Source: Ascoidea asiatica JCM 7603 (Eukaryota > Fungi > Ascomycota). Taken from it: a stretch of DNA of 64,000 nucleotides. Shown here one piece after another: positions 22,175 to 34,600 of the stretch; the stretch's first letter is position 1, and the number at the start of each line of letters is the position of its first letter. Made by a program: the position numbers and the translations under genes. The DNA lies in assembly GCA_001600695.1 (NCBI GenBank), contig BCKQ01000025.1, positions 16,722 to 80,721 of the forward strand, given 5' to 3'. Below the pieces are notes generated by a model that did not search any database, was not told where the DNA came from, and saw only the letters and a program-made list of their open reading frames with translations.

Positions 22175-25100
22175 ATGGATCATCTCACTGTATTTGGTGA
22201 AACTCCTATTAACTACGACGATAATCTCCCAGTGGAGGAACTTGTCATCTTACCCCAGGACTCTCCCAATGACATTAACTTAACCAATATCAATTCAAAA
22301 TCAAAATCAACAATTATAAATCAATCTGGAATTGATACTGAAGATGAAAACTTATTATATAAAGATCCTGAATTATATTTATCAAATCATTTAGCTTCTT
22401 ATTCTACCATTTTTACACTTACAAATAATAATGAAAAAATTATTCAAAATGATGATGATTTAGAAATTTCACCACCTTCAAGTTCCAGAAGTATTAAAAG
22501 TAATTCAACTATTACTTCTCAGTTAGATGACGAACAAGAACATGAAGACATAGACTTAGATTTAGATTCATCTTCAATTTCAAATGAAAATTCAATTAAA
22601 AATTATCCTTTTGATGCTTTAAATTTAAAAATTATAAATAATTCATCTTCTTTATTATTAATTCCATTAAATTTATCATCTAATTCATCATCATCTAATC
22701 CCTCATCAAACTCTTTAAAAAATTCATTAAAAATACTTAAAATTAATATTCCTGAAAAAATTATTTCAAATTGTTTAATAATTAATCAAAATGTTAAAAA
22801 AAATTTAATTTTAATTGATTTTTTAACTGAAAATGGTATTTTCATTCAACTTAATTTTAATATCTTTACTCATTTCTCATTCATTTCAAATAAAACCATC
22901 ACCACCACAACTAGTAAACTTAATATGAAAAATTGGTGTAATGCTTCAATAATTTATAATTTTAATATAAGAAAACCAAATTTTATTTATTCTTTGAATT
23001 TTAAAAATTTTATAATTTTTTTTAAAGATGGTGGTTTATTAAATTGTAAAAAAATTAAAAATTTTAAAATTAATTCAATTTTATTTAATGATAATTCTTA
23101 TTTTAATTTAACTTTTGGTAAAATTTTTAATTTTAATAAATCTTTAACTCCTAATTTAATCTCAAATTCAAATTCAAATTCAAATTTAAATTCTAATAAT
23201 TCTGTATTAGATTCAAACTATTCAATTAATTCAATCTTAGATTCTAAGATTATCAATAATCAATATCTTATAACAATTTCAATTAATAAATCTTTAAAAA
23301 TTTGGCATTTACAATCAAATTCTTTAATTAAACAACAAATACTTTCAAATGATAATTCAAATACTAATAATAATAATTCAATAATTCCTTTAACTTTAAA
23401 ATCAAATTTATTATCTTTAATTCCATCTCAAAAAAATCCAAATGAAATTTTTTATTTATTAACTTATTTACCAATTGGTAATGGTTTTTTAAAATTTTGG
23501 AAAATTATATTATCTGAAAAAAATCAAAATTGTGAATTGATTGATTTAGGTTCAAATTTTGAAATTATTCCAATTTTACCTTCAAATTCATTATCAAATA
23601 ATTCTAAAACTAATAATGATAATACTAGTACCACTACTACTGATAATAATAATTCAAATTGGTTTATTTCTGATTTTAAATTAATTAATTCAAATTTCTT
23701 GAAAATTAATAAAAACTTATTTAATAATAAATTTAATGATGAAAATTTATTCTCTGTTTTCATACTTTGGAAAAGTAATATTTCAACAAATATTCAATTA
23801 TTATCAATTGATATTTCAAATGGTAATAAATTTTGGTTTAATTCAAAAATTAATAATTATATCACCAATACTACTAATAATAATTTTATCACTAATAATA
23901 ATTTCTTAGATTCTGAATCATTTTCTGAATATTTCATAAATAAAATTTTTGATCAATCAATTTATCCAAATTTAATTATTAAAATTGCATTACCAATTTT
24001 TGAAAAATTATTTAATTCAAATGAATCTTTAGATTCTTCAATTAATTCTAATTCTAATTCTAATTCCAATATTAATAATTATTCAAAAAAGTTTCCAATT
24101 GATTTATCTTTAAGAGAAAGATCTTGTAAAATTTTAAATAAATTAATTATAAATTCAAATAATTATGAAAATGATTTAAAACTTCAATGGCAAAGATTTG
24201 ATTCTTTATTAAATCAATTAATTAAAAAATCAAATGAACCTTTATCTTTATCTTTAATTCCAAATAATAATTTATTAATTTTAAATAAAAATTTAAATTT
24301 CTCAAATTTTAAAATTTTATCAGATTTTCAAATTTTATATTTAAATTCAGACTTTCAAATCAATAATTCTAATCAATTAATTTTAAATCCAAATTTCAAT
24401 TCTTTCAAAAGAAAATTCTCTATTTCAAATTCAAATGATCATAATCAAGAAATTTTAAATTTTATTAATGTAATAAAAATTTTTTCAAAATCATTACCTC
24501 AAATTGTTTTAAATAATCTTAAAAATCAACTTAATAATCATTCTTCAATAAATTCAATTTCTTTAAATGATCAAATGAATGATATTTTTACTTCATGTCT
24601 TGCAGGACAAATTAATCTTGATTTATTAGAAGCTTTAAGTAATCAATTAAATAAAATCCCAAATGCTTTAAATATTATTGATTATCTTGTTGATTTACCT
24701 AATGAATTTGATTTCAATTCAATTTTCTTGAATTATGTTTCTAATTTTAATAAAGAGGAGTTTTTCAAAAATTCCTTATTATCTCAATCTTTTAAAGATT
24801 TATTAATTATTCTTCAAAGTATTTATCTAAATATTATTCTTATGCTTTTAGTATTGAATTTCAACAATGATCAATCTGAAGTTTATTTTGAAAAATTATT
24901 ATCATATTATAGTAATATTAATTTAGCTTTACTTTCAATGGACGTTAATTTTGATTTAATTTTCTCCGATGAAGATAATGATGGTGATTTTGATTTATCT
25001 GGTTCAAATTCTTTAATAAAACCTATTGAAATAAAGAAAAATAATGTAAGTAATTTATCTTCGTCTTTATTCATTTTTGTTGTCAACAAACATTTAAAAA

Positions 25101-26299
25101 TTAATTTAGCATTTAATAGTGACTTAAATATTACTCTCAAATATTTACTTTCCTATATTAATTCGAAATATTTTCTTTATAGTATTTCCTCAACTCTATT
25201 ATCATATTCACATGCTAATATACTAAGGAACAGATTTTATATATATTTTGATAATTCAGCCATCAGTGATTTATTAAAAGCTTTAACTCTTTTTCAAACT
25301 GGAGAAGTAAGCAGATCTTTTTCCTTATTTCAAAATAATGCTAGTAAAATTTTGGATTATAAAATAACCAGAAAGGATTTCTTATCAATTAAGGGCATTG
25401 AACATATAGATATTTTTTTCAACGAAAAAGAAATAATTGATGAAGATGATGAATTAGCAATTGATATTGAGGTTAAATCAAAATCTTTATCTTCATATTA
25501 TTTCGACTTATCTCTTTTATTCTCCGATAAACATTATTTTTCAACTGCAATCAAATTTTCTAAATTATCATTAGATATCCTATTACAAGATGGAAATAAA
25601 AATGAAAATTTAATACAAAGAAATTATGAAAATATGTTTGTTATCTCTCTGGAACTATCAGATTTCGATGGGGCCTATAATGCATTAATGAAAATAAAAT
25701 CAGAACCAATTAAAGTTAAATGTTTGAAAAAATTCATCTCAAAATCATTTCATTCCTCCTCAGATGACATTAAAATGTTGGTACTGTACCCATTTCTTGG
25801 AACTGACGATACTGTTGATACAATATTATTTCAAGAAGCAAATTCCTTTGACTTTGTCAAAACTACAAGAGAAGAATATTGGATAAATTTCAACAAAGCC
25901 TTGCGATATTTTAAAGTTCTTTATTCTTGGAGATTGAATCACAAAAATCCTAGGGGTGCTTGTGAAGCATTATACCATTTTATAAGCAAATATCACTACA
26001 CTATTTCTGTTAACGGAGAAAATAGTAAGGCTCTTATAACTTCTAGTTCTTCAAAGAAGTTCAACAAAAAGCTGAAAGCCAGAAATTTAACAATATTTCA
26101 GCTATACAGTATAGTCTTAAATTTATTAAAGACATTCAAAAGTGAAGATGACAGGTGGATATTGAAACAGAATTTAGAATATTTGTATAAAGATAAAAAA
26201 CATGAGGATGAGTTTTTACTTCTAACTTTTAATGACTTAAGAGATGAGTTTAATTCATTTACTAAAACCATAGATGATAGCTTTTCGGTTGAGATATAA
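22175..26299 (+). CDS. NUP120: Nucleoporin Nup120/Nup160
   Basis: Propeller motifs (YLITISINKSLKIWHL, ILWKSN), QWQRFDSLL, and C-terminal LELSDFDGAYNAL and YFKVLYSWRL..NPRGACEALY. Confidence 0.88.
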   Translation: MDHLTVFGETPINYDDNLPVEELVILPQDSPNDINLTNINSKSKSTIINQSGIDTEDENLLYKDPELYLSNHLASYSTIFTLTNNNEKIIQNDDDLEISPPSSSRSIKSNSTITSQLDDEQEHEDIDLDLDSSSISNENSIKNYPFDALNLKIINNSSSLLLIPLNLSSNSSSSNPSSNSLKNSLKILKINIPEKIISNCLIINQNVKKNLILIDFLTENGIFIQLNFNIFTHFSFISNKTITTTTSKLNMKNWCNASIIYNFNIRKPNFIYSLNFKNFIIFFKDGGLLNCKKIKNFKINSILFNDNSYFNLTFGKIFNFNKSLTPNLISNSNSNSNLNSNNSVLDSNYSINSILDSKIINNQYLITISINKSLKIWHLQSNSLIKQQILSNDNSNTNNNNSIIPLTLKSNLLSLIPSQKNPNEIFYLLTYLPIGNGFLKFWKIILSEKNQNCELIDLGSNFEIIPILPSNSLSNNSKTNNDNTSTTTTDNNNSNWFISDFKLINSNFLKINKNLFNNKFNDENLFSVFILWKSNISTNIQLLSIDISNGNKFWFNSKINNYITNTTNNNFITNNNFLDSESFSEYFINKIFDQSIYPNLIIKIALPIFEKLFNSNESLDSSINSNSNSNSNINNYSKKFPIDLSLRERSCKILNKLIINSNNYENDLKLQWQRFDSLLNQLIKKSNEPLSLSLIPNNNLLILNKNLNFSNFKILSDFQILYLNSDFQINNSNQLILNPNFNSFKRKFSISNSNDHNQEILNFINVIKIFSKSLPQIVLNNLKNQLNNHSSINSISLNDQMNDIFTSCLAGQINLDLLEALSNQLNKIPNALNIIDYLVDLPNEFDFNSIFLNYVSNFNKEEFFKNSLLSQSFKDLLIILQSIYLNIILMLLVLNFNNDQSEVYFEKLLSYYSNINLALLSMDVNFDLIFSDEDNDGDFDLSGSNSLIKPIEIKKNNVSNLSSSLFIFVVNKHLKINLAFNSDLNITLKYLLSYINSKYFLYSISSTLLSYSHANILRNRFYIYFDNSAISDLLKALTLFQTGEVSRSFSLFQNNASKILDYKITRKDFLSIKGIEHIDIFFNEKEIIDEDDELAIDIEVKSKSLSSYYFDLSLLFSDKHYFSTAIKFSKLSLDILLQDGNKNENLIQRNYENMFVISLELSDFDGAYNALMKIKSEPIKVKCLKKFISKSFHSSSDDIKMLVLYPFLGTDDTVDTILFQEANSFDFVKTTREEYWINFNKALRYFKVLYSWRLNHKNPRGACEALYHFISKYHYTISVNGENSKALITSSSSKKFNKKLKARNLTIFQLYSIVLNLLKTFKSEDDRWILKQNLEYLYKDKKHEDEFLLLTFNDLRDEFNSFTKTIDDSFSVEI

Positions 26300-26671
26300 A
26301 GTGTAGAAAGTATTATATAATTTTATTCAAATAAATAAATTCAGTTTGCATCGGTAAATAGATAAAAAAATTTAAACAAGTAATTTACACTATTTCTACA
26401 GTTGAAACCACGAGATTATTCATAAAAAACATATAATTATATATATATAGCGCATAAAAACAAGAAAAAATGTAAGAGTTAATTATGAAAAAAGTCAACG
26501 AAGTTAACAGCAAAAACCTTTACAATAAAAATGCATACCAAAGACTGGTAATATAGTCAAAACTAGATGGAGGGAAAAAAAATTACAACTTTTCCTACAT
26601 GAGAAGATTGAGGACATACTTTTTTTTTAATAAATTAACGAATATAGAATTAAAACCTATGATAATTGTAT

Positions 26672-28858
26672 TTATGCGAAACCAAACTGTGGAGTTTCAG
26701 CTGTTATTTTTTCATTTTTAGCACCAAAATTCTGAATACATTTGGCCATAGTTGGAGAAGATCTTGAAATAACATCAGTGAAATAGAAATTTTCAATTGG
26801 ATTTTTCAATGGAAGACCAATTATTCCCTGTGATAATGATTTTGAAAGATAATCGAAACTTGTAGAAGCCAATTCACTAGAAACTGGCTCGATAATTTCA
26901 TGTCTAACAAGATGTGGAGCTACTTCTTCTAATCTTGCTCTAATTGCAAATATATCATCATATGGTAATGAAGCTCCCAAATAATCAGATAATGCTCTTA
27001 TAATTTTCCAATCTTCTCTTGCAACACCTGGTGCATTAGTAGCAGCTCTTGTTACCTGTACTCTTCCTTCTGTGTTAACAAAAGTAGCATTTTTTTCAGT
27101 ATAAGCAGATCCGGGCAAAATAACATCGGCCAATGAAGCACCAATATCACCATGATGACCCTGGTAAATAACAAAGGCATCTTTTGGAATATCAGAAGGT
27201 TTAACATCATCTGCACCTAATAAATATATAATTTTTGGAACTGTTTTTGAAATTTCTTTTGAAGCTGGAGCAAATCCAATATCTAAAGCACCAACTCTTG
27301 AAGCTTCATGATGTAATATATTAAAACCATTCCATTCTGGGGTATTAAAAGTAGATGCGTGATCTTTAGAGAATTTAGAGACTAATTCAAAAACTGATGC
27401 AGCATCAGCTGAATCACTCACACTAGAACCAACAATAATCATTGGTTTTTTAGCAGATGCAAGTTTTTTACCATATTCACCTTCTAAAGCACCTTTTAAG
27501 GCATTTGCATTATCACCTAAATAATTTAAGTCAAATGTAGAATCAAATTTTTCACCAACTGAAGCAACTTCTAAATCTGATCTTAACCAAATTTTTCTTA
27601 TTCTAGCATTAAGAACAGCAGCTTCATGTCTTGGATTAGTACCAACCAATAATATTTGGTCAGCATCTTCAATACCATCAATAGTTGAATTAAAAATATA
27701 ATTTGATCTAATATCAGAACCTTGAGTTGGAGGTAAAGAACCATTAGGGGTATCAATTGCTAAATTTTCTGAGCCTAATTTATTAGTTAAATCTTTTAAA
27801 GCAACCATTGATTCAACATCAGCTAAAGCACCAGAAATTGATTTAAATTCATTGCCTTCAGGCTTAAGTTGATTAATAGCAGATACAACTGTAGATAAAG
27901 CTTCATCCCAAGTTGCTATTTCAAATTTATTACCATTTTTAATCAATGGAGTTGTTAATCTTTGAGTTTTTAAACCATCACAAGCAAATCTTGTTTTATC
28001 AGAAATCCATTCTTCATTTATATCATCATTTAATCTTGGTAAAACTCTCATAACTTCAATACCTCTTGTATCTACTCTAATATTAGAACCTAAAGCATCT
28101 AAAACATCAATAGTTTCAGTTCTTTTTAATTCCCAAGGTCTTGCTTTAAAAGCATATGGTTTTGAAGTTAAAGCTCCAACAGGACATAAATCAATAATAT
28201 TACCAGATAATTCTGAATTTAAATTTCTTTGAACATAAGTACCAATTTGCATATCATTACCACGACCAGCACTACCGAATTCAGGAGCACCAGCGATATC
28301 ATTTAAAAATCTTACACATCTTGTACAATGAATACATCTATTCATTGAGGTTTTAACTAAAGGACCAATAGCTTTATTTTCAACAGATCTTTTACCTTCA
28401 AGTTCATTAAATCTACCTCTATCAGAGCCATATCTTAAAGATTGTTCTTGTAAATCACATTCACCACCTTGATCACAAATTGGGCAATCTAAAGGATGAT
28501 TTTGTAATAACATTTCAGTTACACCTTCTCTTGAATGTTTAATTTTTTCAGAATCTGTATGAACTACCATTCCATCTCTTACAGGAAAAGCACAAGAAGC
28601 TATCAATTTAGGAGCTCTTTCAACTTCAACTAAACACATTCTACAATTACCTGCTATTGCTAATTTTTCATGATAACAATAACGTGGAACTGCAACACCT
28701 GCTTTATCACAAGCCTGAATAATCGAAGAACCATTTTCAATTTGAACAGTTACACCATCTACAGTTACAGAAACTTCACCTTTGCGAATTATAGAAGAAG
28801 AAAACTGTCTTTTGAATGAGCTTCTTGAAACAGCCTTTAATATAGATCGAGAAAGCAT
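26672..28858 (-). CDS. NUAM: Complex I 75 kDa Fe-S subunit NUAM/NDUFS1
   Basis: PRYCYHEKLAIAGNCRMCLVE, HPLDCPICDQGGECDLQ and RCIHCTRCVRF; mitochondrial presequence. Confidence 0.99.
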   Translation of the reverse strand: MLSRSILKAVSRSSFKRQFSSSIIRKGEVSVTVDGVTVQIENGSSIIQACDKAGVAVPRYCYHEKLAIAGNCRMCLVEVERAPKLIASCAFPVRDGMVVHTDSEKIKHSREGVTEMLLQNHPLDCPICDQGGECDLQEQSLRYGSDRGRFNELEGKRSVENKAIGPLVKTSMNRCIHCTRCVRFLNDIAGAPEFGSAGRGNDMQIGTYVQRNLNSELSGNIIDLCPVGALTSKPYAFKARPWELKRTETIDVLDALGSNIRVDTRGIEVMRVLPRLNDDINEEWISDKTRFACDGLKTQRLTTPLIKNGNKFEIATWDEALSTVVSAINQLKPEGNEFKSISGALADVESMVALKDLTNKLGSENLAIDTPNGSLPPTQGSDIRSNYIFNSTIDGIEDADQILLVGTNPRHEAAVLNARIRKIWLRSDLEVASVGEKFDSTFDLNYLGDNANALKGALEGEYGKKLASAKKPMIIVGSSVSDSADAASVFELVSKFSKDHASTFNTPEWNGFNILHHEASRVGALDIGFAPASKEISKTVPKIIYLLGADDVKPSDIPKDAFVIYQGHHGDIGASLADVILPGSAYTEKNATFVNTEGRVQVTRAATNAPGVAREDWKIIRALSDYLGASLPYDDIFAIRARLEEVAPHLVRHEIIEPVSSELASTSFDYLSKSLSQGIIGLPLKNPIENFYFTDVISRSSPTMAKCIQNFGAKNEKITAETPQFGFA

Positions 28859-29186
28859 TTTATTTCAAATATTATTATTATTATTTTTTTTTTTTTTCTT
28901 CGTCTCACAAGGAATCGAATAATAACCAAGTTGATATATAACTATAATAATTTTTCTAGAATATTATACACCAATGTCAATTCAACCTGCTTAATAATTG
29001 TTTAAACAATTCCACAATGATCCTCTGATGGTTATTTTCTTTGATAATCGATGAAACACTGTTCAATCATTAGACAGTTCTTCAATTCTTCCAGCTCTTT
29101 CACTTTCTCAATCACTTTCCAGTGCATCTATGAATGTTATTTGCTTCATCCGCTCCCAGAAATGTAAGCAGTAAAAAAGACCATTT

Positions 29187-29366
29187 TGATTGGAGAACTC
29201 TCGCGGCTATCAGACCCTCTTACTTTGGGGTCTATCTGCACTAAACCCCCTTCAACAATTTTTATCAAATCTCTTTTTAAACCCTACTTTCGGGAGCTAT
29301 ATCAAAACACGTGATTTAGAGGTCTGAAACAAAGTGTTTCACATATATGCAATCCATATAATTGGT
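29187..29366. promoter_or_regulatory. CCAAT boxes and Cbf1-type E-box upstream of NUAM
   Basis: TGATTGG at 29187, CACGTGAT at 29308, TAATTGGT at 29359. Confidence 0.45.
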
Positions 29367-30025
29367 CTCTTTACCATAAAATAAAGAGTAAAAATTGGAA
29401 GAAAAAAAGAAATAAAAATTAAAATCAGCTTGAAAATAGTAGTTAAAAATGGAATTATAATGAGAAATCAAAAGATTTATGAAATGAGATAAGAAAAAAA
29501 AGATAAAAAAGGAATATTAATGAAGACTTTTCGTAACGGGATTGGTTAGCTATTTTTTTATGTTTATAATTTTTGGATTTCCTCTTGTTTACTATAGATA
29601 ATAGAACGTGTATTAGTGGCTTAATCCTAAATTTATATGAACTCAGATAAATCCTGATAAGAGAGACATAGTTAAGAATTTTCAAGATACTTTTATTGTT
29701 TTAACCAAAAAAACCCTTCAATTCAAAATATTTACAAAATGATAAGTATTATGAAGGTGAATATTTTAAACTCTAACTGAATTTATAGAAGAAATTCACT
29801 TAAATCTTCATTACTCAAGTATACTCTTACATGTGTTATATTCTTCGATAAAATTGAAATTTTTTATAATTATGTCCTTAAATAAACATAGATGAGAAAA
29901 TAAATCTAAAAACAAGAAAAACACTATGAAAAAATGGGTTGAAAAAAAATAGGTTATTCAAATTCGAGTTCAACTTGAAATGTCATTTTTATATAATTAC
30001 ATGATTGAAATATTACTTTTTGTTT

Positions 30026-31105
30026 TTATTGATATTCAGGATCATTTGAAGCTTTTTCACTTGAATTTTTTTTACCAAACAAGAATGCTAAACCAAAATA
30101 TGGTTTATTTAATGGACTTTCTTTACCTTGGTAAATAAATAAATCATAAATAAATCCACCTAAAAGACATCCAACAATTGGAGCAATAACTGGAACCCAT
30201 GAATAACTATGATAAGCCGTAAACATATCAGAACCATAGCCCAAGGAAACTGCAGCAACTCTTGGAGCAAAATCTCTTGCCATATTTAAAGCATACCTTG
30301 TTTGATAACCAAAACACGAACCTACTGCAAAAATTAGAACGAATAAACCAATTGGAAACCAATTTCCAGCAGGAGAATTATATGGATCAGTCAAACTAAA
30401 AATACCAATTTCTAATAAAGCACTTGCAACTAATTCACTTACAAATTGTTCTTTAATTGAAATGAAGTCGACAGGAAATGTACAAAATACACCCGCAGAA
30501 GCAGTATCACCGAATACATTTCTATTTTGTCTACCACCTTCAAAATTATCAAAAGATCCAATATAAGTACCATAAACAAGATAAGCACCAATCATACCAC
30601 CTAATAATTGAGAAAATATATAACCAGGAACTTTTTTCCAAGGAAATTCTCTATAAACTGCAGCAGAAATAGTTACAGCAGGATTTAAATGACCACCAGA
30701 TATACCACCAGAACAATGAAAACCTAACATTACAGCAGCTGCCCAAGCTAAAACACCTGTAGTATAATTACCTGCAGAATTCGATGATAATTTAATTTGA
30801 GCTGCAACACCATCACCATACATAACTAAAACCATTGTACCAATGAACTCTGCAAAAGGCTCTCTTAATGAATGTCTAAATTCACTCCATTTATTATTAA
30901 ATTCTACTGATGACTCTTGTTCATCTTTTATATCATTATTACTTGGATATTCTAAACCTGATGAAGGATTTCTAGCTTCTCCAAAATGTTTACTTCTATG
31001 TTTATTCAAATGAGATTTTTCTTTTGAATTATATTCAGAATTTGATAGAATTACCACTGGATCATCCATATAATTTGATAAAGAATCATTATTCATTTCT
31101 TCCAT
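30026..31105 (-). CDS. Aquaglyceroporin (MIP family, Fps1/Yfl054c-like)
   Basis: AEFIGT, GISGGHLNPAVT and YALNMARDFAPR; Asp after the second box is the glyceroporin signature. Confidence 0.95.
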   Translation of the reverse strand: MEEMNNDSLSNYMDDPVVILSNSEYNSKEKSHLNKHRSKHFGEARNPSSGLEYPSNNDIKDEQESSVEFNNKWSEFRHSLREPFAEFIGTMVLVMYGDGVAAQIKLSSNSAGNYTTGVLAWAAAVMLGFHCSGGISGGHLNPAVTISAAVYREFPWKKVPGYIFSQLLGGMIGAYLVYGTYIGSFDNFEGGRQNRNVFGDTASAGVFCTFPVDFISIKEQFVSELVASALLEIGIFSLTDPYNSPAGNWFPIGLFVLIFAVGSCFGYQTRYALNMARDFAPRVAAVSLGYGSDMFTAYHSYSWVPVIAPIVGCLLGGFIYDLFIYQGKESPLNKPYFGLAFLFGKKNSSEKASNDPEYQ

Positions 31106-31656
31106 TTTTTCAAAGTTTTTTTTAAATTAATTTTTGATCTATTAATTTAGCCATTTTTAAAAGAAAAAATTAAAAAAATGAATAGAAGAATGAATTGTGA
31201 AAAAATTGAAGCATTATTCTTCATTTATAAAAGTATCAAACAATTTTATTAATTTTAACATTACGAATCAATAAATAATTTAATAGAATTTAATAAAGTG
31301 GTAGTTTTGTAAGAAAAGCAGTATATTTATATATCTATCTTTATTTTAGAGATATAAAACCCTGAAAATTTAGGAAAAAAAAATGAAAAATCTGGATATG
31401 TCAGTAAATGCATGTCATACCTTGTAAAACATAAAAACACCTCTTTCTACAGTACAAAAGTGGAAATGAGAGGAGGAGTCTCTTTTACCAGGATACTGCT
31501 TACAAATGAATTTTTCTCAAACTTTCTTACAAAAACTGGTAATAATAATAATTAAAATTTACGATATAAATTATAATAATGGTATCATTTTAAACAACAA
31601 CAGGCGCAAAAGAAGTTGTATTAAGTTCATCAGCATTTATTTAATGTGCAAAAGAT

Positions 31657-34600
31657 TTACCAATTGACAAAATTTTTACCAATTACTCTATAAACACAAA
31701 TTTGACCACTCTTTAAATCAGAAGGTCTATAACTACTTTGTTTAATTTTTCCACCATTAGATTTTTCAATGGTTCTAAATTTTTCTTTCTTTGAGTCCCA
31801 CTCTGTAACAATTGCAGAAAATGGTTTACCTTCAAATCCAACATTAAATACCATTTTTTGATGTAATTTATTGTGTCCATTGAATTTACCTTTACTTATT
31901 GTTATTATATCACCGGGTTTGAAATCTCCAATTTTAATTATATTTGAATTAGAATTATTTTTATAAATTAATAAACCGAATGTAGATCCAATTGGTTTTA
32001 GAATATTTGGAATTTGATTCAACAATGAATTAACAAAGTCATCTGTAATATTACTTCCAATTGATTTTATAGCTAATTGGTATACCTTTTTACCAAATGA
32101 ATTATAGGTATTATCTAATAAATCTTCATTTATAGTTGGAGTAGGAATATGTATTTGAGAAAATATAATTGATTTTTGAGGGTTATTTGAATCAAATAAA
32201 AGTGTTAATATTGTTTGAGAATAATCATCATATAAAATATAATAGTCTCTATTTATAAACTTTCTATTACCTCTTTTAATTAATTCGTTTTCTTCAACCT
32301 CGAAAATTAAATCTTTTCCAAATCTTTTCATTAATGAATATGGTAATTCTTTTCCTAACCACCAATCTGATGATTCTTCGACATCAATTTCAATATTTTT
32401 TGGGAGATTATTATCTTCATTAGTATCTAATAATGAATAACTATCAATCGAACTTCTTGGATATGATCGTTCAGATCTATAACTTGTAACACTATCCATC
32501 GACTTTCTGGAGGAAACTGGCTCAATTATTGAATTACTAGTACTTGATCTTCGAATATTTCTTAATTCAGTAGTTTCATCTTCAATTTCAGGTGAATTTT
32601 TTAAATTTTCCGAATTTGCTGAATTCAATGGTAATGATGGTGCAATGCTTTTTGGAAGTGGTGGAACCGAATCAGGTAATTTTGGGGGTGAATTCTTTGG
32701 TGCACTTGGAACATGAATAGCTTCAGTATCATCATCAGCTTCATAACCAGTTACTTCACCTTCTGAAATAATATTATTATCAATTGGAATAGGTGGTATA
32801 GAAGAAGGGGGTGGTGGCGGAAGAAGTTTATTCGGTCTTTTTCCAATTAAATTTTGATCAATCAGTTTGCTTCTAGCTTGAAAAGAATGATCACTTTCAT
32901 CAAATGAGGCACCTGATGCAGTTGATTGATTTAAATCTCCAATTAGTCCAGTTTTACTAATAATAGAGTCTCTTTTTGGTGGTTTTGGGGGTGAAACTGA
33001 TCTTTTGAAATCTTTATCAGTTTCATCATATTCATCTTCTTCATAGGTTTCAACTTGTTCATCTTCTTCTGACATAATAGGAATTTTTATTTTTTTATCA
33101 TTAATCCCAATTTTGCCAATCATATCGTTTTCAGGAAGATTTTCTCTTAAAGCATTCATATTAAAAGCATCTTGACTTATAGAATCATTATTTTCTGAGA
33201 GTTGATTTTTGTTTTCACTAGTTTCTTCAAAAGTTTCTAAATCTGAATCCAGATATTTTTCATCATCTGATTCTTTTGAAATTTCTTTACTATCGTTTTC
33301 TATATTTTTATTTGGGTTTTCATTTAAACTTTCATTATCACCATTAGATGGTGTTGTATGATGTTTACTTAATGCCGGAGGCAATTGAGTTGGATTTGTA
33401 AATGGCAATATTGGAACAGCTTTAGGTAATTCAGATTGTTCTTCGTTTTCATTTTCTTCTTCAATTTGAGTTTTTTTGGATTTTTTTTTGGATTTTTTTG
33501 GAGGTATAGCACCAAATGGACTAGCACCCATACCCATCATTCCAAACATTCCCATACCACCAGAAAGTTTAGCCATTCTTTCTCTTAAAGCAGCTTTACG
33601 TGCTTCTTCACTATCTTCCTCTTCTTCAGATTCAGATTCTTCTTCTTCATTTTCATTTTTATCATTTCTGATTTCTGATTCTGATAAAGATTTAGAATCA
33701 TCTTCAGATTCATTCACTTGAATGCTATCTTGTTTAATTTTTTGAGATTCTTTAATTTCATTATCATCATTTTCCTCACTTACAGGTAATGGAATAGGAA
33801 TCATTGGAATAGTAGATTGTCTTGAAGGTGATTTAAATGAAGATTCAGTAGTATTTGATCTTTTAATAGATTTTGGAGAATCTTCAGATATAATATTACT
33901 TGAATCTAAAGCTTCTGGATTATTTTCTAAATTAGAAGTTTCTTGTGAATCACCTTCAGATTTAATTGTAGAAGAATCAGAACCAGGAATTGGTACATGT
34001 TTTTTTTTCTTTTTATCTAATTTTTTCTTCTCTAATTTTTTTTGATGTAAAGCTTCTTCTCTATCAGCTTCTTCCTTTTGCCTTGTTTGCAATAAAGCAA
34101 TTCTTTCTCTTAAACTCATTTTTGGTAAAGCATCAACTTCTTCTTCATGATCATTAGTTTGATTATTAGATATCGGAGGACTAGGAGTAGAAGCGGAAGT
34201 ATTTGTTGAATTTGAAGAATTGAAACTCTCAGTTCTTTGTTTTTGTTTTTGATATTGATTTGAATTAGAGTTTGAAAAAGAAGGAGGAATATAAGATGAA
34301 TGAGATGAAGTTGCCCATATTGGTTTTTTCACAAAAGATTGTTCTTTTGGCTTAAAAGAAGGTAAAACTGGAGCAGAAGATTGATTAAAAGCAGCAATTT
34401 TATTGAAAAAATCATTTTTTTTAGCCGGTTTCAATGGTTTAGATGATGATTGTGATGAAGATAATGAAGATGATGGTAAATTTACTTTTTTTGAAAGAAT
34501 TTCAGAAGAAGTAATCGATTCAATTTTAGTATTTTGTTTTGGTTGAGTGGTAGGAATTGAAGGAATTTTTGAAGATTCAGGTTCTACTTTTATTGTATTT

